Positions 13,500 to 28,589 of a DNA stretch of 64,000 nucleotides are shown here, piece after piece. Where the stretch lies: assembly GCF_000181795.1 (NCBI RefSeq), contig NW_003526942.1, positions 1 to 64,000 of the forward strand, given 5' to 3'. How positions within the stretch are numbered: the stretch's first letter is position 1; each line of letters begins with the position of its first letter. Source of the DNA: Trichinella spiralis (taxonomy: Eukaryota). Both the position numbers and the translations under genes were made by a program. The notes under the pieces were generated by a model, which saw only the letters and a program-made list of their open reading frames with translations, did not search any database and was not told the DNA's origin.

Positions 13500-15168
13500 C
13501 AAAGTGAATTTGAAGCAGCTTCAAGCGCTTCTGTGCTTCGTTGGTGCTGTTCATTACTTTTTTTCTGCTTTCGAAGTGTTTCACTTTTATTTATCCATAC
13601 GAGTGCATAAATACTGTTCAAAATAAATGTCAGTTGCTTTCATCATCATATAAATTACCTTCTTAGCTAACAATTAAATAAGATTTACGCCTAAGGTTTT
13701 TTTCTGTTTGACAGATATTGTTCTGATGAAGGCTAGTTGAAGGCTATTCAAGTACAAAGGGAAAACGTAAAATTGATAAATTGTCTACAGCTGCAGTTTT
13801 CAGCTAAAACTAGGAGTGGTGATTGCTGAATGTTAGCATCGAAATACTTTTCTGATTTTGCCTCCCTGTTCTCTGAAAATATTCCTGGTTTGCAAAAGAG
13901 TTTAATCTTTCCAATCTTTCTTTCGCTCCTGTTCACAAGAGTTATTGTTTTTCTTCTTATGTTTTATTTAAATAAAAAATAAAATTTGGAATTCTGTTTA
14001 AAATAAGCATCGGTAATTATACATTTTGTGTAAACTGATTAAATTTGTTTTTCAATATCTAAAGTAAAACCGACTACTGGGTTGATTAAAAATTAAAGTT
14101 GCAATTCTTGTATTACGATGGTTCAACATTCCAGATCAAAAAGGATATGTTAGATTTCGAAATCATTTTACCAAACAAAACTGAAAGCAAAGAAAGTTAT
14201 TTGTCATCTCAAGTTCACTCCATTATGGGTGTATCCATTATCTTGCTCTAGCACTGCATATGCTCTGCCAAATTATGATCACAGTTAATTACCCTGGTCA
14301 GCAGCCAAGGAGCATAAATTAATTGATCTTTCATGTGCTGCCAAAACTTTCATTCCCATTGTTGAGAGTGAACAATAATTGCGCAATATCATGGAGTTCA
14401 CTGCCTTGGTCAGATAATGAGTTCATTTGAGAAAGCATTTGCAGCACTGTAAAAATTCCAGACCACCATTTATCGTGGCATGAATTTGTGGCTTGTTCAT
14501 TTAAATGGCATCATAGTGCTCAGAAATACTGAAATACCAGCTACTGTAGCGTAGCGTGTAATGTTATGAAGCTTGTGGTGCAGTATGCACTGACTTCACA
14601 TTATATGGATGATCTGTGAAAATTTTCTCAGATGTAACGTAGCTAATGCACAGATTGAACTGAAAATGCTTTTGCCAGCTTAGGGGAAATTCAACTGCAG
14701 CACATGTTGGTTGTCTAGTGAAATTTCAGAAAATCCTTCGTGCTGAATGTTGACTTGACTCATGATAATCGCTGTACAACTTTCTTCACTGTCAAGCTAG
14801 TGAACAAGACTAGCTCTGTTACCATCGTAAAGAGTCATTACATGTCAAATTATGAAAACTGAAAATGACTTAGATAAACACGTTTATTTAACATCGCTTT
14901 GTTCAGTTATCTCTTCTTCAGGCTGTTCATTTGTTACTTCTATACTTTTGTAGAATAATGCAATTAGATAATAAAGATATTTAATTTGAAAAGAACAAGA
15001 CCGTGAATTCCATTTTTCAATTATTTCACTCCTCAGTGCTTATCATTAGCTTGTGCTATTTTCCGTGTCGAAGGTTTGAGACGTGTTTCCGAATGATGGG
15101 AATAAATAATAATGATAAATATCTCAAAGCTTATTTGAGTTCGTATCTCAAAGAACCGATAAAAGCCA
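13500..15168 (-). repeat. Composite repeat, inverted relative to 20400-21176, with an extra ~600 bp (14205-14811)
   Basis: The reverse complement of 13780-14205 matches 20755-21176. The reverse complement of 14811-15168 matches about 20410-20755. Confidence 0.8.
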
Positions 15169-18087
15169 NNNNNNNNNNTTCATACTTGTAAAAATTTGTT
15201 CGGGACCTTATATAATGCAAGCCACTTTCGAAATGGTCTGATCCGACTTGTACGTACACGTAATGAATTTTAGTTCTTGCTGCCTGAACTGTTCCTGATT
15301 CTCCCCACATATAAGCATAGCATGGATATTATAGTAATATTCAATGTTGATAAATATCTTGTTGTAGTGCAGTATTGTCACTATTTTCTACTACTTATGG
15401 AGCAGAATTAATCTTATTGACGCGCGTAGTGCTTGCTATACGTTTGCTGTTTCGAACTATTATAGAAAAAAACATGTCCATAGTACCATGAGTAAGTATT
15501 TCTGAGTATAAAATTATGCAGTTTATTTATAGATAGTAATAATGTAAATAAATTTCAAAAATTGCAAAACACAACAGTATATATAATATCCTTTAAATAA
15601 AAAAAAAATTAATATTCCAGGTTTCAGAAATGCAAAATGCAAAGAAAAGATATAGGCAAAGTTGCTTCACTAAAACTATTTATTTATTCGTAACACTTTA
15701 GTTAAACAGCACAATGAAAATATAAAATAAAATTGAACAGAAAATTAGTACAGCGAGCTTTTGAAAATGAATATCACGAAAAAAGAAAACGTTCGAATTC
15801 ATAATCAGATTTTATTGCAATTATGATGGTGCTTATTTACTAACTGATCCGCCATTATTTCTTGGATTTTCTGAATCTGACTCGTGTTTTCCAGTTTTTG
15901 ATGAATGACTTTTTTTAGAAAAACTCTGAGCGGTTGTTTTTGCATGTGCTGATGAATTAGCAGTTTTGGAGATGGATTCTTCTGTTTTTTCATTTTGAAA
16001 TTTCCTTCCTGATTCAAGTTTTACATCTGTAAAATCTGTAAAAAATGAACTGCCATTTAGAAATTTTTCAGAGATACTGATAAAATCGTTTGACACATGA
16101 TGAGCTGATTCCTTTTCAGATTCTGCTAATTGTTGAAAACCTTTGCTACATTCTTCCATTTCATTTAACAAGGTATGAATTTCATTAACTTGCTTTATCC
16201 CACTGAAGCACATTGAAAGTTCTCCCGTTTCCTTTTCTTCACTTTTCAGTGTTTGTATTTCATCATTCGCGTGAACAATATCTTTTTCAGATATACAAGA
16301 GAGTGATAACTTTTTGCGCTCGGATGGCGATGTATGATGATCCGTGTCTGAATTGACAAATCTTTTTCATCTACATCTGCTGGGTGTTTGATTTATACGG
16401 GCCTCAGATGAAAGTTCCCATTCTCTTTTTTCTGATTCATTCCAGTCCTTATCAACTCAATTTTTAATTGGNNNNNNNNNNGATAGCGTGGTCACCGAAC
16501 CAATAAATGAACAGTGGGACCGAATGGGAACAGAAGTGGGACCAAGTGGGGGCAAACCACGATATTCAGTTATTTCATTAGCAGTTTTATCATCACAAGC
16601 CATGTATTTAATATTAAATTTTAATGGATCATGATGTATGTGAATGTATGTGACATTTTCAATATTAATAGTTGATTTATTTCATTATAAAATGAAATAC
16701 TTATATTGAAATTAATAAATGTTCACGTCAATGTGATAATGGAAGACAATTTAATTTGAAACCAGAACGTGACAAAAAAACAGTGCATTCAAGCATGCAA
16801 CGTGAAGCATTTCAGCCGAACATGCAGAACAAGTTAATCTCTTTTATCCTGATGGTGATATGCCAAGTTGCAGTTATCTTATCTGTTGACTTTGAGCCTT
16901 GATATGACTAACAGCAATTTTACTTATTTTCCGCTGAGGTATGCTGACATTTATATTATTCCTTCCTTCTGCAGTTATATGCAAAATTATCTCTACATCT
17001 CTCTCATAACTTTGTCATATTAAGGTTGTTACTTTTGCTTTGTCAAATTTTGTAATATCTGCTTCTGTTTCCTGCTTATAGTGAAAGGCTTATTTATTAT
17101 GTTATTCTTTGATGGTATCGAAATATTCTCTTTCTTGGTTAGCTTCGTGAGTTTCAACCTATTTTGTCATGGCATATTCACTGGTAACGCATCGTGATTG
17201 TGATTTAAGCTTTCATGGATTTCCGCTTGATTTCTTGACTTTATTCCGTGTCATCTACAGATTCCTGCTGATGTCTGGGTAGATCAGCGTGTCTTCAATG
17301 GTACCAGGGTATGTTTGCGGCGTTGAGAGTTTGCAATATGACGGTTCTGTTTGCCTTGCTTTTATTATTTGTGAAATTGCTCATGTGGGCCCTCCCCATC
17401 AATACCATATCTAGCAGTTTAAAGATTACAAGTTTTGAAAAATGACCGCAACACTGCTGATGATAAGTTGTGCATTTAGACAGTTTACAGTGTGAGCAAT
17501 GTTAATTAGAAAAGGAAGGCATTTGGGATATTTTATTGCTAAATTTGCATTTTGAACAGAATTTTAAATAGTAATTTTACAATTTATTTTGATCTAAAAG
17601 TAAACCAAAGAAAGAAAATGCTAAGAATTATTATGTGAATAAAACGTGACGCTTTCCAACTTACAATTCTAAATAAATTGTGTACCGTGTGTGGATTAGT
17701 TGTATGTCTCACATACGTTTTATATGAATCGATAGCAAATACAAATAAAAAATACTTAACGACATCAAAACATCAGTTTGAATGATTTTATAATGTAATT
17801 TAACCCCGTAACGTGGTTGAAAGTGGAAAAGATTTCTAGTTATTAAATGTAGCCAATTATTGGCATCTCTGATAATCGGATAGATGAAAGAAAAGATTCA
17901 GTAAATCCATCGGCTTATTGGATTTATCAATGTCGAGGGAGGGATTTTTCTGCTTTGCAGAAAGCTAGGTTGTTAACGCCACCTATAAGGTCCGTAACAA
18001 CCAATTATTGCATTGGTTTGCTATAGCAGATGATTAGCTTGTAGAAGCGCATGCTGAATTGCGCTGTTACAGGCATACATTTTACAT

Positions 18088-18161
18088 GTGGCTAGCAGAT
18101 TCGAACCCTTCACCCCATGATTTTTGGGTAGGGTAATTTGCACGCGGACAACCTGCTGCCC
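18088..18161 (-). other. Possible tRNA-derived SINE head or tRNA pseudogene
   Basis: The minus strand has a B-box-like GGTTCGAATC and a weak upstream A-box-like GGCAGCAGGTTGTCCGCGTG. I see no clean cloverleaf. Confidence 0.25.
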
Positions 18162-18922
18162 GTTGTAGGTAGAATTTAACTTTTATATATATTAGCTTCT
18201 ACAAATTTTTCTTTCTGAAATTAATATCATTTCCAGTATTGCATTGCTTGATTTTCATTGATATGAAATATTCCGCATTTCGTAGACATATCGGCTATTT
18301 AGCTTTCAGCCACTGGACGCAAAGCTTAAACTGAAAACCTTTTCAATTTATAATACTCACATTCTCGCTTCATAATAATAACAGAAAACAACAACTTTTG
18401 AATAATTGTTATGATTTTTCCATTTCAATTTTTACCTTATTTACATTTATCAATAATTTGTGATTTTCTCTTTCTTATCTTTGCCATTGCTTCTTGTTTA
18501 ATCAGTAATCTTGCCTTCTTTGTATTTCGGTGTATTCTGGAATAATTCGCATATTAGTAATCGGGAAAATGCTTTGAGGTTACCAGAGTGATCATTTTTG
18601 AATGTAGTCCATGTTTGCGTGCTTTATGGAATCTGGGATAAAGTTTCTTTGGATTTTATAGAGTAGATTAGTCAAAAAGGGTGTCAACCCAAAAGATAAA
18701 TACGGTATGTTTCATGGGTGTCTGTAAGTGCTCTCAGACCTACTTGATGTTTGTTCAAGAGTCACTGTTTTTAGCTGAATATACGACAAAAACAGTCAGT
18801 TCTTTATGGCAGCTTTAAAAACCCATTATGCAGCTATATATTGCTAAAAATAATCAGTTGTGGTGAAATTGTGATTGCCACTTTTACATTTTACCATACG
18901 TATTGGCCATTGGACCATTTGA

Positions 18923-19003
18923 CCGGGAAAGTACAGTGTGAAGATCAACTGGATATATGAAGCGGAGAATGGTTATGCTCTGAAATATTTGTTATATGCT
19001 GGC
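18923..19003 (+). pseudogene. piggyBac transposase fragment
   Basis: Translates as PGKYSVKINWIYEAENGYALKYLLYAG, matching the piggyBac KPxKYGxKxxxLCxxxxGYxxxxxxYxG motif. The flanks are degraded. Confidence 0.7.
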
Positions 19004-19011
19004 AGTATGGC

Positions 19012-19195
19012 GTAATAGCGTTGGTTCTATCGCCAAAACTTTTCTTTGATTAAAATTGTTCTGCTTTGATTAGCTACAATTTTTTTCATTTCATTTGTCC
19101 AAATTTTTAATTACATAGCAATTCATTACGTATCGTTTGACCTCTTTTAGTGTTTGATCGGTGACGTCACCAATTTAACAGTTAAATTTTTTCAC
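19012..19195 (-). repeat. Inverted copy of 21568-21749 (CCAAT-rich transposon-terminal-like repeat)
   Basis: GTGTTTGATCGGTGACGTCACCAATTT pairs with AAATTGGTGACGTCACGGATCAAACAC. The match extends about 180 bp. Confidence 0.8.
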
Positions 19196-19267
19196 TGTTT
19201 TTAGCTGTTTTTTTAAGTATATTACTTTTCCACTTTGCACTTTTAGTCATTAGTATTTGTAATATGA

Positions 19268-19760
19268 TTAAAAAAAATTTCATCGCCGCTGCATGTTCTC
19301 AGTCAACTGTCAAGTCTGAGGGATAGAAATGAAGGAAACAACGCTTGTTTGCTTCATCCAAATCGATGCAAGCAGGACACACCCGTATCTAAAAATAGAA
19401 CGGAATTTTCTACAACTGAAGTTGCCAGCCAATATAAGGAGTGGTGATTGCTTAATGTTAGCATCGACTTATTTTTCTGATTTCAGCTTCTGAAAAATTT
19501 ATCACATGTAGATTTTCCTTTTGTACTTAAATAGGTTTTAGCTGCTTTGCAGAAGGGTCAAGGCCGGCAAATGAAAGATCAATATATGCTTTATGCCTGC
19601 CGACGATGATCATATTTTGGCGGAAAATATGCAGTGCTAGAGGAAGATAACGTGAGATGAAAAATAATTTTCTTTTCTTTATGTTTTGTTTGGTGAAATG
19701 TTTTCAAAATCTAACAGATCCTTTTTGATCTGGAATGTTCAACATGTGGTTATCATCGTA
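19268..19760 (+). repeat. Direct repeat shared with 27548-28040
   Basis: About 490 bp are nearly identical, starting AAAAAAATTTCATCGCCG and running to GGTTATCATCGTAA. Confidence 0.9.
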
Positions 19761-20399
19761 ACTGTGCCATTTGATTAGCTATTCAGCTGTGATCTGGGAT
19801 TGGATGATTGTTGTTTATCAAATCTTTATCAAATGTGGGTGCATTACCATTAAAATACTTTATATGGACATAAAAAAGCATTTACTGTTTAAAAGAAAAA
19901 GCTTTTAGTTATAACCTGGAAATGTGTATATTTGTTTTCAGACTGCAAATGATGCTTTTAAAAAGCTTTTGCGTTTTACATTTCACTGTTAACAAAACAT
20001 TATCTTATTGCTTAATTTTGTTTTTGTAAGTTTGCTTTTGCATTTTGTTTCTTCACATCTATGCTGATCAACAGACTGTTTTCACAGAAACTTTTCTGCT
20101 ATTCGACATAAGGGCTTCAGAACTTAGCAAATGTATAGTACAGAAATTTCTATTTTACAAGCAAATCTGAACTTTATTGCAATATACACCATGGGCAAGA
20201 TGGGCAATACAACGATAACGTGGAAAAAGTCCATTTCTAAACTTGTAGACACTGTTCCACGGCAACCAACTAATCGTTATGTTGAAAAAATGGATTAGCT
20301 GTAATATTACAATAATAATGTGCTACATTAAGCCATTGTTTGTATGTTTATTTACAACCCGTATTTGTCATTATGATTTGTGCACTTGAGCGTGTGGCA

Positions 20400-21176
20400 T
20401 CTGCCTTTGTGTATTGGCTTATGTTGGTTCTTTGAGATACAAACTGAAATTCATTAGTATTTATTCTCATCATTCCAAAACACATCTGAAACCTACGATA
20501 CGGAAAATAGCACAAGCTAATGATAAGCATTGAGAAGTGAAATAAATGAAAAATGGAATTGAGGGTTTTGTTCTTTACAAATTAAATATCTTTATTATCT
20601 AATTGCATTATTCTACAAAAATATAGAAGCAACAAATGAACAGCCTGAAGAAGAGATAACTGAACAAAGAGATGTTAAATAAACGTGTTTATCTAGGTCA
20701 TTTTTTGTTTTCATAATTTGACATCTAATGACTTTTTACGATGGCAACAGAGCGAAACAAATAAATTTCTTTGCTTTCACCTTTGTTTGGTAAAATCATT
20801 TCAAAATGCAATAGGTATTTTTGACCTGGAATGTTGAACCATAGTAATACAAGAATTGCAACTTGAATGTTTAGTCAACCCAGTAGTCGGTTTACTTTAA
20901 ATATTGAAAAACAAATTTAATACAGTTTACACAAAATGTATAATTACCGATGCTTATTTTAAACAGAATTCAAGATTTTATTTTTTATTAAATGAAACAT
21001 AAGAAGAAAAACAATAACTCTTGTGAACAGGAGCGAAAGAAAGATTGGAAAGATTAAATTCTTTTGCGAACGAGAAACATTTTCCGAGAGCGCTACAGCT
21101 GAAATGAGAAAATATTTCAGTGCTAATATTCTACAATCCCCCCTCCCAGTTTCAGCTGAAAACTGCAGCTGTGGAC
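20400..21176 (+). repeat. Composite repeat copy (same family as 1-470, 13500-15168, 27950-28380)
   Basis: Direct sequence matches. Shared spurious ORFs (MNRSERKIGKIK..., MLIISLCYFP...) appear in several copies. Confidence 0.85.
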
Positions 21177-21849
21177 NNNNNNNNNNAAACTTTTCTTCCA
21201 AATCAGAAAGTTCCCTTTTCTTTTAATTTTTGTAAAGTAAAAATCAAACTATCATGATTTGGAATACTTTGACGGATTGTTTATGATACGTCCCTACTAT
21301 TATTTTACGGGTTCCACCCTGGAATATTTGAACCAATGAAATGAAAAAATATTACAGCTAATCACAAAGAAAGGATTTGAATCAATGAGCAATTAGACAA
21401 GGAAAACCAATATGAAAAAGACTGAACGGCCCAATAAAAAGAAAACCAATACGACAAAGATTTGACGGACCAATAAAATAGCGGGTTAGCGACCAATAAA
21501 TGAACAGAGGGACCGAAGGGGAACATCCCCAAAGTAAATATTTAAAAGAAAAAGCAAATAAAAAAAATGAAAAAATTCACTGTCAAATTGGTGACGTCAC
21601 GGATCAAACACTAAAAGAGGTCAAAGGTTACGCAATGAATTGTTATGTAATTAAAAATTTGGACCAATGAAATGAAAAAAATTTTAGCTAATCAAAGCAG
21701 AACAATTTTAATCAATGAAAAGTTTAGGCGATAGAACCAATGCTATTACTCCGTAACTATGCAATGAGAAGCGATCCAATGAAAACTCGATGTTTTGCCA
21801 ACGAATAGAACATTAGCACTGAAAATTTTACCAAGAGAGACTATCCTTT

Positions 21850-22393
21850 TGGATTTATTCACCAGGTACAAAAATGACGCAGACTTTGCTCTGCAAGCCA
21901 AAATAATAATTCCTCTAGCCTCTGTTCCAATAGACGGTTTAGAGCAGGTCGTAGACAACTTAGCAGGGCATATTCCAGACGAACTTCAACTACTACTCGA
22001 CTGGTTTGAAGACAGTTACGTGGTCGTCAAAATCGTCGAGGTGGTGTAAGACGTCCATCAATGTTTCCAGTTGAGATGTGGTCAATGCATCGCTGAGTTG
22101 CCGTTGAAGACAATCGCATCAACAACTACGCAGAAGCTGCTCACCGCAGGTTGAAGGCGGAATTAGGCATGGCACATGCGACTATTTGGAAACTGATTGA
22201 AAGCTTGCGTAAGGTGCAGCACGCCGGGGATTTATTTTATGAACAACTGGTGGCCGGTCATCAGCCACCACAGAAGCTGAAAAAATTACGGGACGCTGAT
22301 GAACGTATAGCTGAAATTGTGAGCAAGTATAACGACAGAGACGTTATCACGTACCTTCAGGGCATAACGCACAACTACGACAGAATGGAATAA
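21850..22393 (+). pseudogene. MULE (Mutator-like) transposase C-terminal remnant
   Basis: LASVP...LLDWFEDSY, then after a frameshift MFPVEMWS..RINNYAEAAHRRLKAELGMAHATIWKLIESLRKVQ. This is the typical MULE RTNNxxExxHxxL region, with an internal stop. Confidence 0.8.
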
Positions 22394-22527
22394 CTCACTT
22401 ATTGTCTAATTAAATAATGAAGCAAATAAATGTTATTACAAGTTTTTTGTTTTACTTTGTTGAGTTGAGACTTTGAAAAATTCACTGTAAACTTTAAAAA
22501 TTCACCTGACAGATCAANNNNNNNNNN

Positions 22528-23243
22528 GTTCACAGGTTGCAGCTTTCATGCTTAACCAAGGAGTGACGAACTACTAAAATTGCTAGCATCTGATGAACTT
22601 CTTGATTTTACTGGGAGTGTTCTATTTGAATCTTTCTTATTTCCAATCCAAGAATTTTACTTTAATATTTACAAAGTTTCTTTTGTTACAAAACATCCAT
22701 ATATGTATTTTTATATATGTCGATGAGGTTTGCTGTTCGTATGAAAAATGCTGTTTGACATTCCTACATTTCATATGAAATACAGTGGAACTTGGTTAAG
22801 TGCACATTGAATAAGTGCATAAGATTTTGTCTGAAAAAAATTCCCTGTAGTTAATTAAACGATAAAATAATGAATAAGTGCATGGAAATTCTTGCCAAAT
22901 TCCATGCTCACTTAACCCAGTTCAAATCTAATTTGAAATGCAACATCAAACAGATCAGCTACATTATAGACGCTGCTTTTGATGCGGAAAGTTTTAATAT
23001 TTCGTTATCATTGAAATATACATTGAAAGGTTGCAAATGCACATGAGAACAGTTGGCAATTTAAATGTTCACCAACGCACTAGTCGATTTCGTTCAGATG
23101 TTGAAATAGAGAGTTTACAATTTACATGAAATATATAAATAAATTTGTTTTTTGATTTGTAAATAATATTGCAGATTTTTAATTTTTTATTTAAATAAAA
23201 TATACGAAGGTTGAAAATTTGAAAGTAAAATTCTTTGATTGCT
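22528..23243 (+). repeat. AKR-associated upstream repeat arm containing a short MITE derivative (22783-22925)
   Basis: Inverted copies at 28590-29151 and 56570-57075, and a direct partial copy at 36447-36659. It contains TA-CAGTGGAACTTGGTTAAGTGCA. Confidence 0.9.
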
Positions 23244-24552
23244 ATGTACACTTGATGTACACTCTGCCGGATTAGTTGGCACTTTTCGGACTTGATCTTC
23301 AGCCCCACTGACTGTAGGCGGGACAGCACCCCTTCCAAGCGCTCTAAATGCTCCTCTTCTGTCTTCCCGAAGACGATGATGTCGTCAAGATAGACGAGGC
23401 ATGTCTTCCACGTCAATCCCCTCAGCGCTTTTACCATCGACCGCTGAAACGTCGCCGAGGCGTTGCACAGCCCGAACGGCATGACGCGGAATTGGAAGAT
23501 TCCCAGGGGTGTGGAAAACGCTGTCTTTTCCAGGTCTTTTTCGGCGACTTCGACTTGCCAGTAGCCGGACGCCAAGTCGAGGGTGCTGAACCACTTGGCC
23601 CCCGCCAGCGCATCCAGCGTATCGTCTATGCGCGGGATGGGTTGGGCGTCGACGCGCGTCACTGCATTCAGCCTGCGATAGTCGACGCAAAACCGCGGGG
23701 AGCCGTCCTTCTTTCGGACCAGCACTACCGGTGAGCTCCAGGGGCCTGAGGCTGATTCGATTACCCCGGCGTGCAGCATTTCCCTGATCAAGCGGTCCAC
23801 TGTCTCCCGCTGGGCTTGAGGAAGGCGACGGGGTGGAAGCTTCACCTGCTAGGCCCCTCCGGTCTCGATGCGGTGTTGGACGAAACTCGTTCGTCCGAGA
23901 TCACCCTCACCGCACGAAATGACCTATCCGAACCTCCGGAGTAAGTTGCGTAGGGCCCGCCGATTCTGCGCGGAGCACTCCGCTCTGTCCATCAGAGCGC
24001 GTTCGCACGCTTCTAGCTCACCGCTATCGGTCTCAGGTCCCTCCCCTACCGTCTCCTCCAGTGGTACTTCCCGGGGACTTGCCGTGATCCAGGCGCATCC
24101 GATGCCGGGACGCGTTGCCGTGGCTAGTTCGTGGATGATCCGGACCCTCGAGCCGTCCGTCATGGTCATCTTCCCGGCTTGCCAGTCGATCAGCTTGACG
24201 TACTGGTCAAGAAAGTTCGTACCCAGGATCCCTGGTACGACCAAGCTTTCCACAACTGCGACGTGTATGCGTCCCCTCCAACTTCCCACCTGCAGCGGCA
24301 ACGCTCCCTGGCAACAGAGGCGCACCCTTCGCCCGTCGCCGAGCAGGATGGAGCCCCCGGCAGCTTCTAAAGGTTCTCCCCCGGTGGACTTGTGCCAGAT
24401 CGAGAGTGGCAGTACAGAAACAACCGCCCCGTTGTCGAAAAGGAGGGAAATCTCCAGCCCGTTTAGCTTACCTACGACAGACGACGCATGTCCAGCTTGA
24501 AGTTCCGTCATCGCCAGGAGACAGCGATTAATTCGGTTCATGTCCGCTACAA
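23244..24552 (-). mobile_element. Ty3/Gypsy pol fragment (protease and reverse transcriptase), non-functional
   Basis: GC-rich island with LLFDNGAVVSV (degenerate protease), PWSSPVVLVRKKDG, RFCVDYRRLN, LDLASGYWQ, MPFGL and YLDD. Two in-frame TAG stops lie between protease and RT, and it is truncated at both ends. Confidence 0.92.
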
Positions 24553-25490
24553 TTTTTTCATTGAATTTGTTTATTTTACAATGATATTGTTCTGTAATGT
24601 TTACTTCATAAGATTTAATTGTAAATTGTAGACTTAATGTAAAAGTTTTAAAAGAAAAATAACACAACCTGTCGTTCACATTTTTTGAAAATTTTCCCAA
24701 TGTCAACGGAACCTGCTGATCAGAACTTGAAGGCAGGGGGACGGTAGTCAACAGTAGGAAGTGAGTTGATCCGTTATTTGAGCGTCGGGACGGTGACAAA
24801 CGTCTTGTGTGTGTGTGTGCTTTTCACCGATTTAATTGTGAGTAATTTTTTCACGTCATAATTATCTTACTTTGCTTGCACTTTTGTTGAATAAACGCCA
24901 TTTCACTTCTTGTAAAAACTTGTAATAATACATGTACATGATAAATTCGTCACGTTCAGAAGCGAACGTGAATCAGATAGCGGTTAGATGACCATTATAG
25001 ATCTGACCTGCCGCTGAATTAAACTCGTGAATAGTCCACCAGCTCGCAGGCGACAACGTTTTTCTCGCCAACAACATTTATCTTTGCTTTTGTTTATTTA
25101 TTCTGAGTGATAGTGTGCTTTGGATTTGTAAGATTCTGATTTTGCTTGTTATTTGCAATTGTGATTTTTTACTTGAAATTTGATTAATTGTTGAGGAAAT
25201 TCAAGGAAATTAGTTCAAAAATTGCATAAAATTAGTTTTATTTGTTGACGAAATGATGTTGATATTTCGGTAAGACGTATGAGATTATAGCTTTTGACGT
25301 CTAATTTTATATGTTCCAAATTTTCCGCACAAAGGAATGGAGCAATTCTTTATTTATGCTAGGTATAATTTTTATTTAAATGTTTTTATTGTTGTTATAT
25401 GGTATGGGTTATTTTAGTTTATTTAAATATAAATATGTAATTATATAATGTATGTAATTTATTTTTATTTTAGAGAGACGTATCAAAAAT

Positions 25491-26946
<1,456 letters not shown>

Positions 26947-27547
26947 ATAATTTTATGGACGGAAGATTTTTGCAATTTCTGGACAGTTTTTTATTTTTCA
27001 AATTGATTACCGTAAAATTTTGATTAATGCTGTTTTTTAACGATTGATTATTTTACTGATTGAAGTAATTTATCAATCCTTTTTATGTCTTCAATTGATA
27101 TTTCTGACTTTGCAGAAAATGAATTTTACCGCGAATGTTTGTGATGATTATTCATTTCTTCATTATGCTTATTTTCGTACGAAATGTAATATTTTTGATT
27201 GGTGTGTTGTGCATGCGCATCAATTATTTTCACTATCATTGCTATCCAATTATTGATTGATGTTTTACGTGAAATATTCGTTCAGATTTATTACTGTTTG
27301 AAATTTTACAATACTATGTATGCTTTTTCCGTGAATTATTATATTAATGCAAATGTCAGATAGTTTTTGATGATGCATTTTTTCATTCTAATGTTGAAGT
27401 AATGTAAGGTGTACAATTTTGGAAAACTTGGAGGAAAACTGATGACCCTTAGCAAAATCGTGTGTGTACTATTTTTTTAGATATCCTTGTATAGTGATTC
27501 TGTCTTATTTTTGGGTTTTGTAATTATTTAAGCTTAATTCTTTAATT

Positions 27548-28380
27548 ATTAAAAAAATTTCATCGCCGTTGCATGTTCTCAGTCAACTGTCAAATCTGAG
27601 GGATAGAAATGAAGGAAACAACGCTTGTTTGCTTCATCCAAATCGATGCAAACAGGACCCACTCGTATCTAAAAATAGAACGGAATTTTCTACAACTGAA
27701 GTTGCCAGCCAATACAAGGAGTGGTGATTGCTTAATGTTAGCATCGACTTATTTTTCTGATTTCAGCCTCTGAAAAATTTATCACATGCAGATTTTCCCT
27801 TTGTACTTGAATAGGCTTTAGCTGCTATGCAGAAGGGTCAAGGCCGGCAAATGAAAGATCAATATATGCTTTATGCCTGCCGACGATGATCATATTTTGG
27901 CGGAAAATATGCAGTGCTAGAGGAGGATAACGTGAGATGAAAAATAATTTTCTTTGCTTTATGTTTTGTTTGGTGAAATGTTTTCAAAATCCAACAGATC
28001 CTTTTTGATCTGGAATGTTCAACATGTGGTTATCATCGTAATACAACAATTGCAACTTGAATGTTTAATCAACCCTGTAGTCGGTTTTACTTTAGATATT
28101 GAAAAACAAATTTAATACAGTTTACACAAGATGTATAATCACAAATTTGTATTTTAAACAAAATTCCAGATTTTATTTTTTATTTAAATGAAACATGAGA
28201 AGAAAAACAATAATTCTTGTAAGCAGGAGCGAAAGAAAGATTGGAAAGATTAAATTCTTTTGCAAGCCAAAAATATTTTCAGAGAATATTCAGGCAAAAT
28301 CAGAAAATGTTTCGATGCTAAAATTCAGCAATCACCACTCCCAGTTTCAGCTAAAATCTGCAGCTGCAGACAATTCAACA
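27548..28380 (+). repeat. Composite repeat downstream of AKR copy A
   Basis: 27548-28040 matches 19268-19760. 27950-28380 matches 20765-21176. Confidence 0.85.
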
Positions 28381-28589
28381 AAGTGGTTTCAGGGCGATTT
28401 CAAAATTACAAATTATTGTTTGTGGATAAAGATTGACGCTAAGGACAGCGACTTTGTTTATTGAAGCTTGAAAAATAAACTCATATTTGCCAATATCTTT
28501 AACCGTACATAGCAACAGACTACTGGCATTAGCTTACTCGCCACAATGGCATTGATGGTAAAATGCTATTTTCCATTTCCATATTTCCA

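Noticed and set aside
15805..16470. 126-aa Ser/Lys/Glu-rich minus-strand ORF
   Set aside because: It looks coding-like but has no motif, frame breaks upstream and an adjacent gap, so I cannot support a call.
23348..24500. Plus-strand ORFs of 128 and 210 aa
   Set aside because: They are antisense to the Gypsy pol fragment.
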